NCBI GenBank assembly: GCA_048941605.1
Contig: JBHLNL010000006.1
Location: 1-58,373 of the forward strand
Origin: Promethearchaeota archaeon
GTDB lineage: Archaea > Asgardarchaeota > Lokiarchaeia > Sigyniarchaeales > SOKP01
DNA: 58,373 nucleotides
Direction of reading: 5' to 3'
In this document: positions 11,201 to 19,725 of the stretch, one piece after another
How positions within the stretch are numbered: position 1 is the stretch's first letter
How the letters are laid out: every line of letters begins with the position of its first letter
Made by a program: the position numbers and the translations under genes
The notes under the pieces: model-generated
What the model saw: the letters and a program-made list of their open reading frames with translations, nothing else
Databases searched by the model: none
Told to the model about the DNA's origin: nothing

Positions 11201-11538
11201 CTTCATTAGCATTAAAAAAAAATGGAATTTATGCTGTTAAACTCTATAAAATTCATGAGTATGGTTTAGAACCAAATATTATGGGATGTCTTCAGAATGG
11301 TGCAATTGATCTAGTGATAAATATTCCACTTCCTACTACAGTCGAAGAAAAATTTAGGACTATAATGGAAGATGAATATAAAATAAGAAGAATGGCAGTA
11401 GATTATAATATTCCTGTAATTATTAATTTAGAACTTGCTGAAGTATTAATAAATGCAATAGAAAAAGTTCGGAGAAAAGAAGTTGAGATTAAATCTCTTA
11501 ATGAATATCTCGATTCTTTAAAAGAAATTTATTGGTAA
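8227..11538 (+). CDS. carB: Carbamoyl-phosphate synthase large subunit
   Basis: ~1100 aa with duplicated ATP-grasp halves (GSGGIRIGQAGEFDYSG and GSGTYRIGASVEFDWG) and a C-terminal MGS-like domain. The ORF track starts at TTG 8257. The conserved N-terminus (PLDKTIKKALILGSG) continues upstream to ATT 8227 / ATA 8221, directly after an in-frame TAA at 8218-8220. Confidence 0.93.
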   Translation: MPLDKTIKKALILGSGGIRIGQAGEFDYSGSQVLKALKEEGIVTILINPNIATIQTDPQLSDRLYLLPLNVDYVERVIKKERPDGILLAFGGQTSLNVGVELNELGILEKYNVRVLGTPIEAIEATEDRDLFIKAMEKSTVKVCKSQAVNSYTEAINAVNEIGFPCMIRVAYTLGGRGSGIVNNMKEFERMARKGLAQSRINQILIEESIWGWKEIEYEVVRDSEDNCFINCNMENFDPVGLHTGESIVISPSQTLTNEEYQMLRSASIRVIRNLGIIGECNIQYGLDPFSKEFRAIEVNARLSRSSALASKATGYPLAYIAAKLAIGYTLPELINKITGVTTACFEPALDYLVLKIPRWDLTKFQKVDRRIGSQMKSVGEVMAIGRTFEEVLQKAIRMLDIGMKGLIANDLEPIKDLNELKYALRNPTDLRVFRLAEAIKKGISIDEIYRLSRVDKWFLYKIKNIISVEQKLKDLDLLETSDHEKKYWLERAKRFGFSDGQIAKIIGVDTIFLRQMRRRLEIHPFVKRIDTLAAEWPAITNYLYLTYGASEHDIDFEQEYKENLRKVIVLGSGTYRIGASVEFDWGSVNCLWGLKNLGIDQAIMINYNPETVSTDYDTSDKLYFEELSGERVLDICELEKAEGVIVSVGGQIAQNLASKFSKYSEIFRKASLNILGTHGSRIDMAEDRSKFSNLLDQLDIKQPQWSMLISKEDALKFAKHVGYPVLVRPSYVLSGAAMRVSYDEKTLTDTLDLAAAVSQEYPVVITKFFTGAREIEADGVSDGKNVFIGAIVEHIENAGVHSGDATMSIPPQTISEKVIKNIEKNTKEIALALKIRGPFNVQYLVKNEEVYVIECNLRSSRSMPYVSKTRGINLMRLAAEVFMGKEIPQRIMELSYGNYVSIKAPMFSFMRLDKADPLLSVEMASTGEVACIGDDFPDALIKSLEATEMNIPIHGGNVLISVGGEELKRRMIPLAKKLKDLGFTIFATEDTSLALKKNGIYAVKLYKIHEYGLEPNIMGCLQNGAIDLVINIPLPTTVEEKFRTIMEDEYKIRRMAVDYNIPVIINLELAEVLINAIEKVRRKEVEIKSLNEYLDSLKEIYW

Positions 11539-11542
11539 ATTC

Positions 11543-12061
11543 TTATGACGATCTCCCCTTTAGCATAGCTATAAATGCTGTTAAAACTCCGAATAGCAAT
11601 ATATTTATAAGGCCATGAATTATAACCTGAACCATGACTTCTTCAAAAGTGCAACTAAAACAAACAAACGCTAAAACAATACTATCAATCAAAGCTATAA
11701 TAATAAACACTAAAATACAAGTTATTGAGGTTAAAATCCATCCTCCTACTGATTTAACAATATCCCCTCCCATTAAACCTGCAACAACCGAAGCAACAAT
11801 AAGTGATATAAAAAAACCAAAGTAGAATACCATAAATCCAATTAATGCTTGGTTTGCTCCCAAAATTAAGAGATCCCATGGAAAAAATAGCATAGGGTAA
11901 ATTAACCTGAAAAATACAAATACTGGATGTGTTGAATACCTAGGGAGTTCTAAATCTATTAATAAACCTACAATTGAATAGCTAATAATAGTTATTAGAA
12001 AATTCAAAATAAAAAATGTTATAAGGCTAAATAAGTAAGCTCTAACAAGCCCCGTTTTCAT
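11543..12061 (-). CDS. Integral membrane protein, hypothetical
   Basis: 172 aa composed almost entirely of hydrophobic helices. Confidence 0.6.
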   Translation of the reverse strand: MKTGLVRAYLFSLITFFILNFLITIISYSIVGLLIDLELPRYSTHPVFVFFRLIYPMLFFPWDLLILGANQALIGFMVFYFGFFISLIVASVVAGLMGGDIVKSVGGWILTSITCILVFIIIALIDSIVLAFVCFSCTFEEVMVQVIIHGLINILLFGVLTAFIAMLKGRSS

Positions 12062-12285
12062 TTTTATAAAACCTCTTGTTTAAATTTATTTGAATTTAAT
12101 GTATATTTCTTAAAACGTTCATTAACATATATAAAATTTTATAAATTACCTAACAAAAATGTAAAAAAGTGAATCAGAATTTACTGTATATATTGAATTA
12201 TTAATAGATATCTTGAAAAATTTTGTAAATATATCACAATTTATCAGTAATTTAATAACCTAATATATTTTTAGGTGTTCAAGAG

Positions 12286-12564
12286 ATTTATTACCGTGGT
12301 TATATTTTAATTAGATTGAAAATCATTGGAACTCAATGGAAAGTCACAGAAAAGTTAAAAGGCTTAAAATCGAGCAATTTAAATGAGGATTGGCAAATTA
12401 CATATGCCACTCCTGTATATGGTGGTTGGGATTTAATGGTAGAATGTATTTTTGACAAACTTAATGATTTAGATAAAATTGTTTCATTCTGTAGGACTGA
12501 CCCTGAACTATCTCAATGGATAGAGGCAACGACTACCCTAATTAGTACTAAAAAGAATTATTAA
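12286..12564 (+). CDS. Stand-alone Lrp/AsnC-type ligand-binding (RAM) domain protein
   Basis: The pattern YILIRLK..KVTEKLKGL....ATPVYGGWDLMVECIF..LNDLDKIV matches the beta-alpha-beta-beta-alpha-beta RAM fold (vtG.yDl...v). The first strand lies upstream of the track start (TTG 12316). ATT 12286 sits 8 nt after AGGTG (12273-12277). Confidence 0.55.
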   Translation: MYYRGYILIRLKIIGTQWKVTEKLKGLKSSNLNEDWQITYATPVYGGWDLMVECIFDKLNDLDKIVSFCRTDPELSQWIEATTTLISTKKNY

Positions 12565-12592
12565 AATTATATAAAATTGAAAAAAGTATCAG

Positions 12593-12808
12593 TTATAAAA
12601 AATAATAAGGTGGACCCCATAGATAATATTCAAAAAACATTGGTTCGGTGTAATCGATGTATCTAAATACTACAAACATAATAACACTTATCATTATTAA
12701 CAAGACAACTACTATTACAGCTAAAGCCCATATTGTCCTTTGCATGGATATCACTCTTTGTTCCAGAGTTTTTGGAGCGATTTCCTCATCTTTCTCTTTG
12801 GTAATCAT
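12593..12808 (-). CDS. Small single-pass membrane protein, hypothetical
   Basis: 71 aa with one strongly hydrophobic helix. A GGGGGTGA Shine-Dalgarno lies 7 nt upstream of the ATG. Confidence 0.5.
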   Translation of the reverse strand: MITKEKDEEIAPKTLEQRVISMQRTIWALAVIVVVLLIMISVIMFVVFRYIDYTEPMFFEYYLWGPPYYFL

Positions 12809-13269
12809 TCCACTTTCACCCCCTTTTTAAATGTAATAATATATAAGTAATTAGAAGATTTTTCAATGTTTTGGATTATAATATTTAAATAAGATTTAAA
12901 AAAACCTAAGCGAACATGTGAAAAGATTGCAAAATTAATTTAATCACCATTTATTTAAGCTTTAAATAATAATTCATCTACAATTTCTTGAAAATTGATG
13001 GAAAAAAGCTATGGGGTCTTCCCTTAGAATATTATGTTCTTTGAGTACACAAATTACTCGAAAAAAATAAGTATATAATGACAAGATTTTTTTTATGTTA
13101 TTGTCAGATTATCTCAGAAGGCATCCTTAAAGATCGTACCCTAACTATTTTCATTTCAGAGCTTCCATAACTATATAATAAGAGGGGATTACATATAACA
13201 AACAATAAAGAATTATTTGAGTTATTTTTTGAATTATCTTCAAGAAAAGGGTCTAAATACGCTACAGAA

Positions 13270-13797
13270 GTGAGCAATAGGCAAAAAAATGAAATCATTA
13301 TTGAAAAATTCGAAAATTCTTTAGATATTCTAAATACAATGTTAATGAATATGATTCAATTAAAAACCGGTGCTAGAATCGGGATGTCGGTCTCTATTGA
13401 TTTGACTCGAGAAACTTCTAAATTATTTACCGATAGGATTAACAAATTACATTATATTTTAGATAAGCATAGAGAAACTTTAAGTGAGAAAATAGTAGAG
13501 AAAATTGGAAAATACTTTGATATGGTTGCGCCATCTGGACTTCTGAGTTCTGAAGAATTCTTAAAATCAGATATTGCTTTAAATATATTAAAAGAATTTA
13601 TTCATAAGTATAATCGTGCTTCAAGCTGTTTTACTCACATATCTCTTACCATAAAACAATTAACTGATATTTTAAATCTTGAAGGTAATTATAAAAATCC
13701 TCAAATAATAAAGGATAAGAAATATCTGGAAGCCCTTTTAAAATTAATGATCATAATTTCAAAACCTCGAAAAGGGATTTACGATTTCTTCTCCTGA
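13270..13797 (+). CDS. Hypothetical protein
   Basis: 175 aa from GTG 13270. The frame is open from 13171. ATA 13195 lies 6 nt after a GAGGGGA Shine-Dalgarno, so the real start may be 13195. The gene ends in TGA. Confidence 0.5.
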   Translation: MSNRQKNEIIIEKFENSLDILNTMLMNMIQLKTGARIGMSVSIDLTRETSKLFTDRINKLHYILDKHRETLSEKIVEKIGKYFDMVAPSGLLSSEEFLKSDIALNILKEFIHKYNRASSCFTHISLTIKQLTDILNLEGNYKNPQIIKDKKYLEALLKLMIIISKPRKGIYDFFS

Positions 13798-13944
13798 TTA
13801 AATTTTAATAATTTAAAGAGCTTACCCAAGAATTTGATATGTTTAAGTTCATTATCAAGATTTACTTTTTTTGGTAATAATCTAACTTCTATTCCCGATT
13901 ACATTAAAGAAATGAAGGATAAAGGAGTAAAGATATATTACTAA
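13798..13944 (+). pseudogene. Leucine-rich-repeat-like coding remnant, in frame behind the TGA of the preceding ORF
   Basis: 48 open codons read LNFNNLKSLPKNLICLSSLSRFTFFGNNLTSIPDYIKEMKDKGVKIYY. They contain two LxxLxxNxL(T/K)S(I/L)P LRR units. Confidence 0.3.
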
Positions 13945-14253
13945 TAAGTTTTTACTACATTGAGTCTGAATATAGTTTAAATTGAATGTTAATTTAATTT
14001 GTATAAGTTTTAAGAATAATTTGATGAAATTGCTTAGGTTGTATTTGTAACTCCTCTAACAACCACATTCTAAGTTTTACTTTCTCTAATTCTTCTTCCA
14101 ACCTTACATCATATGCAATTTCTTTATCAGACACAATTAGTTAATAAAACTAATAATATTTAAATTAATCCTTAATATTTCAAAGGAAATTGTCGGGATT
14201 ATTAATGAGTTAATATGACTCTTAGTTTTTGTGTACAAAATACAATACTATAT

Positions 14254-14751
14254 TTACAGAAACAATTCCATGAAGACTTCATCTTCATAATTAGTATCCA
14301 TTTTTACCTGACGAGATAATATACCTTTTTGTACAAAGCCTAAATTTTTATAAAACTTTATAGCATCAGAGTTGGTGGCTCGAACGTAAATAACAATCTT
14401 CTCATATTTATTCTTACGTGCAAAATCAAATGTGTATTCAGCTAATTTAAGTCCGATATTCTTTTTCCGCCACTCAGGAAGAATAAATGTACCGATAACC
14501 CCAACATGACTAAAATATTTTGAAAATTTAGCCCATAGATCTAATGATTGAAAACCTATAATTTTATCTTCATTTTCAGCCACAAATATACCTTCCCGAT
14601 TTGAAAGAGAAGAAATATAATCTTTCTCTTGTTTAACTGTGAAAGGGTCGCTTATAGCAGTAAATTTCTTCTCAGTACATATAACTTTCCAAATTTTTGA
14701 TATTTCTTCAGCATCCTCCGTTTGAGCCTTTCTGATATTAATTTCTATCAC
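14254..14751 (-). CDS. GNAT family N-acetyltransferase
   Basis: 165 aa. The acetyl-CoA-binding core reads VIGTFILPEWRKKNIGLKLAEYTFDFARKNKYEKIVIYVRATNSDAIKFYKNLGF. Confidence 0.85.
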   Translation of the reverse strand: MIEINIRKAQTEDAEEISKIWKVICTEKKFTAISDPFTVKQEKDYISSLSNREGIFVAENEDKIIGFQSLDLWAKFSKYFSHVGVIGTFILPEWRKKNIGLKLAEYTFDFARKNKYEKIVIYVRATNSDAIKFYKNLGFVQKGILSRQVKMDTNYEDEVFMELFL

Positions 14752-14933
14752 TTATAACAACTTCTCTTTATGGTTTTTACATTTACTCATAATTTATTTT
14801 ATGAACGATATTCGCTTTCTGAAATAATTATAATAATAATTTATATTTTGAAGGTAAAAAATCTATTAATCATAAAATACTTCTACAAAATAATTTGACA
14901 AATTATTAACTATCATTATAATTGTAAAATTAT

Positions 14934-16772
14934 ATGCCAAGTACAGAAGTAAATCAGACAACTGCTAATTATGTAGAATTTACACCGGGGAAAGATCCCT
15001 TTGAAAAGGCACGACGGAAAGGGTCGAGAAGATGGATAACATCTCATATTTTTCATGGTTCTAATAAGATTCTATTTATTATTGTATTATTTACAACGAT
15101 AATAGCAGCAAACTTATCCTCAGCAATTTTAGTTATTATAGGAAAGGCTATAACAGATTTTTTGATAGGCAATCAGTCAAGTCTGCTTTTTTATACTATT
15201 TTTGTATTATTACTAAGTGTTGGGACCCCAATATTGCGCTTAGTTAATTATATGCTACGTGAAGTTATAGCACAGAGACTGGAAAGAGATTGTCGAAGAG
15301 AATTCTATTCCAACCTTCTTGGTAAAAGTCAGTCATTCCATGATCAACAAAAAATTGGAGAATTGATGGCTCGTGCTACAGACGATGTTCGAACAATGAA
15401 TTTTTTAATTAGTCCAGCAATATCCTTAATATTTGAGTCTTTTACATCCTTAATAATCCCAATTTTCTATATTATCGCTTTTTACCCTTCGCAATTAATT
15501 ATAACTCCATTAATTTTTTCTGTATTATTTTTCTTTGCTCTTAAGTCATATATTAGAAAAATTGGACCCGTAACCGGGAAATTGCGAAGTTTTTATGGAA
15601 TGATGAACGCAACATTGAATGAAGCCCTAACAGGAATCGAAGTTGTTAAAGCAACTGCCCAAGAATCTAAAGAGGGGCAAAAATATTTTGAAAATGCCAA
15701 TAATTATCGAAATGCTTATGTTGAAGAAGGAGATATTGAAGCTAAATATCTCCCAATATTAATTTTAGCATTAACAATCACTGGAGGTCTTATACATGCT
15801 ATAATTCTTAATTTTATGGGATTAATAAAGATTGGAGATATAATTGGGTATTTAGGACTACTAGCATTACTACGCTTCCCTACATTTATATCCATTTTTG
15901 TTTTTGCAATCATTCGACTTGCTGTTTCCAGCGCTCAGAGATTGCTCGAAACGATGAATAAAAAAACAGAAATTGATGAAAATGTTGAAGGATATAAAAA
16001 AGAAATTGAGGGTGCCATTAAATTCGAAAATGTCTCTTTTAGTTATCCAGGAAGCGAAAGATCAGTATTAAAGAATATAAGTTTTGAAGTTAAACCAAGT
16101 CAAACTTTAGCAATTGTAGGAACTACAGGATCAGGCAAAACAACTTTGACAAAATTGATTTCTCGATTATATGATGTTAATGAAGGAAGAATTTTGATTG
16201 ATAATGTTGATATCCGTAATTATGCTTTAAAATCATTACGAAATCAAATTTCTTATGTAGATCAAGATGTATTTTTATTTTCTACAAGTATTTTTGAAAA
16301 TATATCATTTGGTTATACAGGTTCGATTGAGCAAGTCATTGAAGTGGCAAAAGAAGCTCAAGCACATGAATTTATCTCTAATTTACCAAACCAATATTAT
16401 TCCGAAGTTGGGGAGAGAGGTGTTCAATTAAGTGGAGGCGAAAGACAAAGAATTGCCATAGCTCGTGCATTTCTAGTAAACCCAAAAGTTTTAATATTAG
16501 ATGATTCGACTTCAGCAATAGACTCTAATACAGAAGATAAAATTCAGAGAGCCATTCGAAATATCCTTAAAAATAGGACAACAATTCTTATTACACATCG
16601 TTTAAGTCAAATTCGATGGGCTGATTTAATAATTGTATTAAAAAAAGGAGAGATCGTAGCAAAAGGGACCCATGAAGAATTATTAAAAACCTCAGAAGAA
16701 TATCAAAGAATTTTTATCAAGAAATTTGATGTTGAAATTGATACATTAATTAAAAAATGTGAGGAGGCTTAG
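14934..16772 (+). CDS. ABC exporter, fused permease/ATPase subunit (MdlA/MsbA-like type I exporter)
   Basis: An N-terminal 6-TM domain is followed by Walker A GTTGSGKTT, signature LSGGERQR and Walker B ILILDDSTSAID. Confidence 0.9.
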   Translation: MPSTEVNQTTANYVEFTPGKDPFEKARRKGSRRWITSHIFHGSNKILFIIVLFTTIIAANLSSAILVIIGKAITDFLIGNQSSLLFYTIFVLLLSVGTPILRLVNYMLREVIAQRLERDCRREFYSNLLGKSQSFHDQQKIGELMARATDDVRTMNFLISPAISLIFESFTSLIIPIFYIIAFYPSQLIITPLIFSVLFFFALKSYIRKIGPVTGKLRSFYGMMNATLNEALTGIEVVKATAQESKEGQKYFENANNYRNAYVEEGDIEAKYLPILILALTITGGLIHAIILNFMGLIKIGDIIGYLGLLALLRFPTFISIFVFAIIRLAVSSAQRLLETMNKKTEIDENVEGYKKEIEGAIKFENVSFSYPGSERSVLKNISFEVKPSQTLAIVGTTGSGKTTLTKLISRLYDVNEGRILIDNVDIRNYALKSLRNQISYVDQDVFLFSTSIFENISFGYTGSIEQVIEVAKEAQAHEFISNLPNQYYSEVGERGVQLSGGERQRIAIARAFLVNPKVLILDDSTSAIDSNTEDKIQRAIRNILKNRTTILITHRLSQIRWADLIIVLKKGEIVAKGTHEELLKTSEEYQRIFIKKFDVEIDTLIKKCEEA

Positions 16773-16776
16773 AGAT

Positions 16777-18585
16777 ATGGCATATGGGTGGAATCTAGAG
16801 GCCGAAGAGTATGATAGAGAATTCGATGACAGAGTATTATTAAAGCGTATATTCTCTTATTTTGGTCCTTATAAACGTTTTATGATAATAGTCATTTTGA
16901 CTATAGTTATATCATCTGTTACATCCGGTTTTGTACCCGTTTTAACCAGTATTATTATCAATAATTTAGAGACAAATAGAAATGCTTTCTATATATTCGC
17001 AGTAATAATTATTATTCTTATTTTTAATTTATTAAGTTATGTCTTTAATTACCTTCAGCAACGATTTGCTTTTCGGGTTATAGGTGGTGTTGTTTTAGAT
17101 CTTAGAAAAGATGCTGTAGATGCAGTTTTAAATCATGATCTTTCTTTTTTTGACAGAAATCCAACAGGCAAAATAGTTAGTCGAGTAAATTCAGATAGTG
17201 AAACTTTTGGAACAACTGTCGATTTATCTATCCAATTAGTATCATCAGTTTTGATTGTCTTCTTTTTAATGATTATAATGTTCTTCATAAATATTTTATT
17301 AACTCTGGCAATAATCATTGCAGTTCCAGCATTTTTTATATTAGCATTATCATTTCGAAAAGTAGCTAGGAAAAAGACATTATTAGGGCAAAGAGCTTTA
17401 GCATCCGTTAATGATTTTGTCAAAGAGAGTTTTTCGGGCATTCAAATAGCAAAAACTTTTCGTCAAGAAGAAAAAATATATGAGAAGTTCAATAAAGTAA
17501 ACGATACATCTTATAAAGTTAATCTAAGAAGAGCATTTATATTGAATGCTATCTTCCCGTCCTTAGGAATTATACAAGGTATTACTATAACTTTATTAGT
17601 ACTTTTTGGTGGTAGTAATGTTTTAGGAGGAACAATAAGTGCTGGAGACTTAAATCTATTCCTCCAAGGTACAACTTATTTATTCTTTCCTTTATTATCA
17701 ATTGCTGCATTCTGGCCTACGTTTCAAGCTGGAATGGCCGCCAGTGAACGTATTTTTGCGCTCATTGATACTATACCATTGGTGATTCAAAACGATGATA
17801 TCAAGCCTTCTAGATTAAAGGGGGATATTGAAATTAGAAATTTGATATTCCAGTATGAAAAGAATAAAAATGTTTTTAATAATTTTAATCTCTCAATTAA
17901 ATCAGGAGAATCAATCGCAATTGTTGGGCATACTGGAGCGGGAAAATCCAGTTTAGCTAGACTCTTAGCGAGATTTTATGAATTTCAAGGAGGAGATATT
18001 TTAGTAGATGGCGTAAGCATTAGAAACTATGATCTTAAAGAATATCGAAGACAAATTGGAATTATTCCTCAAATACCTTTTCTTTTTGCAGATTCAATTG
18101 AAAATAACATAAAATATTGTTGCGTAGACGCAAATAAAGAAGATGTCTACAATTCATTAAATGTAACTAGTGGTTCTGATTGGATTACTGAATTATCTAA
18201 AGGATTAGAAACCGATACTGGTGAAAGAGGTAATCGTCTTTCAATGGGTCAACGACAATTAGTTGTTTTTGCGCGTGTCCTATTAGAAAATCCCTCTATT
18301 CTTGTTTTAGATGAGGCTACTGCCTCAGTAGATCCTTTTACTGAAACGAGAATTCAAGATGCTTTACAAAAAACAATTGAAGGACGTACCTCAATTATAA
18401 TTGCTCATCGTCTCTGGACAGTACAACACGTAGACAGAATTATAGTACTTGATCATGGGAAAATTGTAGAAGAAGGAAACCATGAGGAGTTGATGACTAA
18501 AGGTGGTACATATGCTGAGCTTTATAATACTTACTTCCGTCATCAGTCACTAGAATATATTGAAAGGGTAAAAGAAATTACATAA
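16777..18585 (+). CDS. ABC exporter, second fused permease/ATPase subunit (heterodimer partner)
   Basis: A TM domain is followed by GHTGAGKSS, LSMGQRQ and ILVLDEATASVD. The track start GTG 16759 overlaps the upstream gene. ATG 16777 lies 9 nt after GAGGAGG and is the more likely start. Confidence 0.9.
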   Translation: MAYGWNLEAEEYDREFDDRVLLKRIFSYFGPYKRFMIIVILTIVISSVTSGFVPVLTSIIINNLETNRNAFYIFAVIIIILIFNLLSYVFNYLQQRFAFRVIGGVVLDLRKDAVDAVLNHDLSFFDRNPTGKIVSRVNSDSETFGTTVDLSIQLVSSVLIVFFLMIIMFFINILLTLAIIIAVPAFFILALSFRKVARKKTLLGQRALASVNDFVKESFSGIQIAKTFRQEEKIYEKFNKVNDTSYKVNLRRAFILNAIFPSLGIIQGITITLLVLFGGSNVLGGTISAGDLNLFLQGTTYLFFPLLSIAAFWPTFQAGMAASERIFALIDTIPLVIQNDDIKPSRLKGDIEIRNLIFQYEKNKNVFNNFNLSIKSGESIAIVGHTGAGKSSLARLLARFYEFQGGDILVDGVSIRNYDLKEYRRQIGIIPQIPFLFADSIENNIKYCCVDANKEDVYNSLNVTSGSDWITELSKGLETDTGERGNRLSMGQRQLVVFARVLLENPSILVLDEATASVDPFTETRIQDALQKTIEGRTSIIIAHRLWTVQHVDRIIVLDHGKIVEEGNHEELMTKGGTYAELYNTYFRHQSLEYIERVKEIT

Positions 18586-18621
18586 AGAATATGAATAAAA
18601 AAAAAAAATTTAATTTTTTAA

Positions 18622-19167
18622 TTAGCTTTTTATTTTTGCAAGGATATAAGCGAAAATTAATATTCCACCGGCAACAATTGTTAAAATCATTCCAATTCCC
18701 ATAATAATAGTTAATTCAATTGAAATTCCAAGTTGCTCTAGACTATAAGGAATGCCATACAATAAAAAGAAAAAAACGAGTAAATCGCCAATAATATATA
18801 ATAAGCCATTTCTTAACCATTTTTTTCGAGCTTTTTTCAGTTCTCTATTTCCAGTTTTAACTCGAATTCCTGAAATTATTAATAGTAGAGCTCCAAGAAT
18901 AAAAAAAATTATAAAAGCAATTCTAACAAATAACAAACCCATTTGGAGTCCTGAGAGATCGGATTCTATTAAGAGGTATGGAGCAAGCGCGTCCATTATT
19001 CCCACTCCAAATGGTGATAAATCTCCAACTATCGAAAAAGGAATTACAGAATAATAGATACTTACGGTCATTATTGGGAATAGAAGCGATATTAATAACA
19101 CTGCAGCAGCGATTATAGGAAATATAAAAAGAAAATCTTTAGTTTCCGCCATCTTTATTTGCCTCAA
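18622..19167 (-). CDS. Integral membrane protein, hypothetical
   Basis: 181 aa with several hydrophobic helices. An internal ATG (MAETKD, 19152) may be the true start. Confidence 0.55.
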   Translation of the reverse strand: MRQIKMAETKDFLFIFPIIAAAVLLISLLFPIMTVSIYYSVIPFSIVGDLSPFGVGIMDALAPYLLIESDLSGLQMGLLFVRIAFIIFFILGALLLIISGIRVKTGNRELKKARKKWLRNGLLYIIGDLLVFFFLLYGIPYSLEQLGISIELTIIMGIGMILTIVAGGILIFAYILAKIKS

Positions 19168-19429
19168 AATTTATTTTTAAATTTAGAGATAACAAATAAT
19201 AAGTTACAATTTTTTAAAAAACTTTTAAAAAATCTTTAATGCAAAATATTGGAATTTTTATTACTCCACAAAATATAATAATTAGACTAAGGATTTTTAT
19301 TTAGGGGTTATTATTCAAATTCCAATTTATGTAAAAAATGGTCTATAAAAGAAATTTATAGTTATTTTAATTCAAATACCATAAGGAATAAGTTAAATTT
19401 TATGATTTTTAAAGGGTTGAGGTATTATT

Positions 19430-19684
19430 ATGAAAGTTAGTATGAGGTATGATGAAATTTTAGAGGAAAGTTTGAAAGAGCAACTGCGTTGGTTAAAAGA
19501 AGAATTTGAAATTCTGTTTAAATCTAAATTACAAAATTATGTTAAAAAGGATAAAGAAATTGCTAATGCAATCCTAGACTATGTAATAGAAAATACCTGC
19601 GCATATGATAGCATTATATTGTACAATTTGCTTTTTGATACTATGGAAGATATTGAAAAACAATACCCCAACCTTTTTCAATAG
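19430..19684 (+). CDS. Small hypothetical protein (84 aa)
   Basis: Open frame with an ATG and an upstream GGGTTGAGG purine-rich stretch. No family was recognised. Confidence 0.4.
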   Translation: MKVSMRYDEILEESLKEQLRWLKEEFEILFKSKLQNYVKKDKEIANAILDYVIENTCAYDSIILYNLLFDTMEDIEKQYPNLFQ

Positions 19685-19725
19685 TGTGCATCAAAAAATT
19701 CCATTACAATGACATTTGTGAAGTT

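Noticed and set aside
13104-13298. 64-aa minus-strand ORF in the 12.8-13.3 kb spacer.
   Set aside because: It overlaps the likely 5' extension and start of the plus-strand gene 13195/13270. It has no Shine-Dalgarno or recognisable features, so it is probably spurious.
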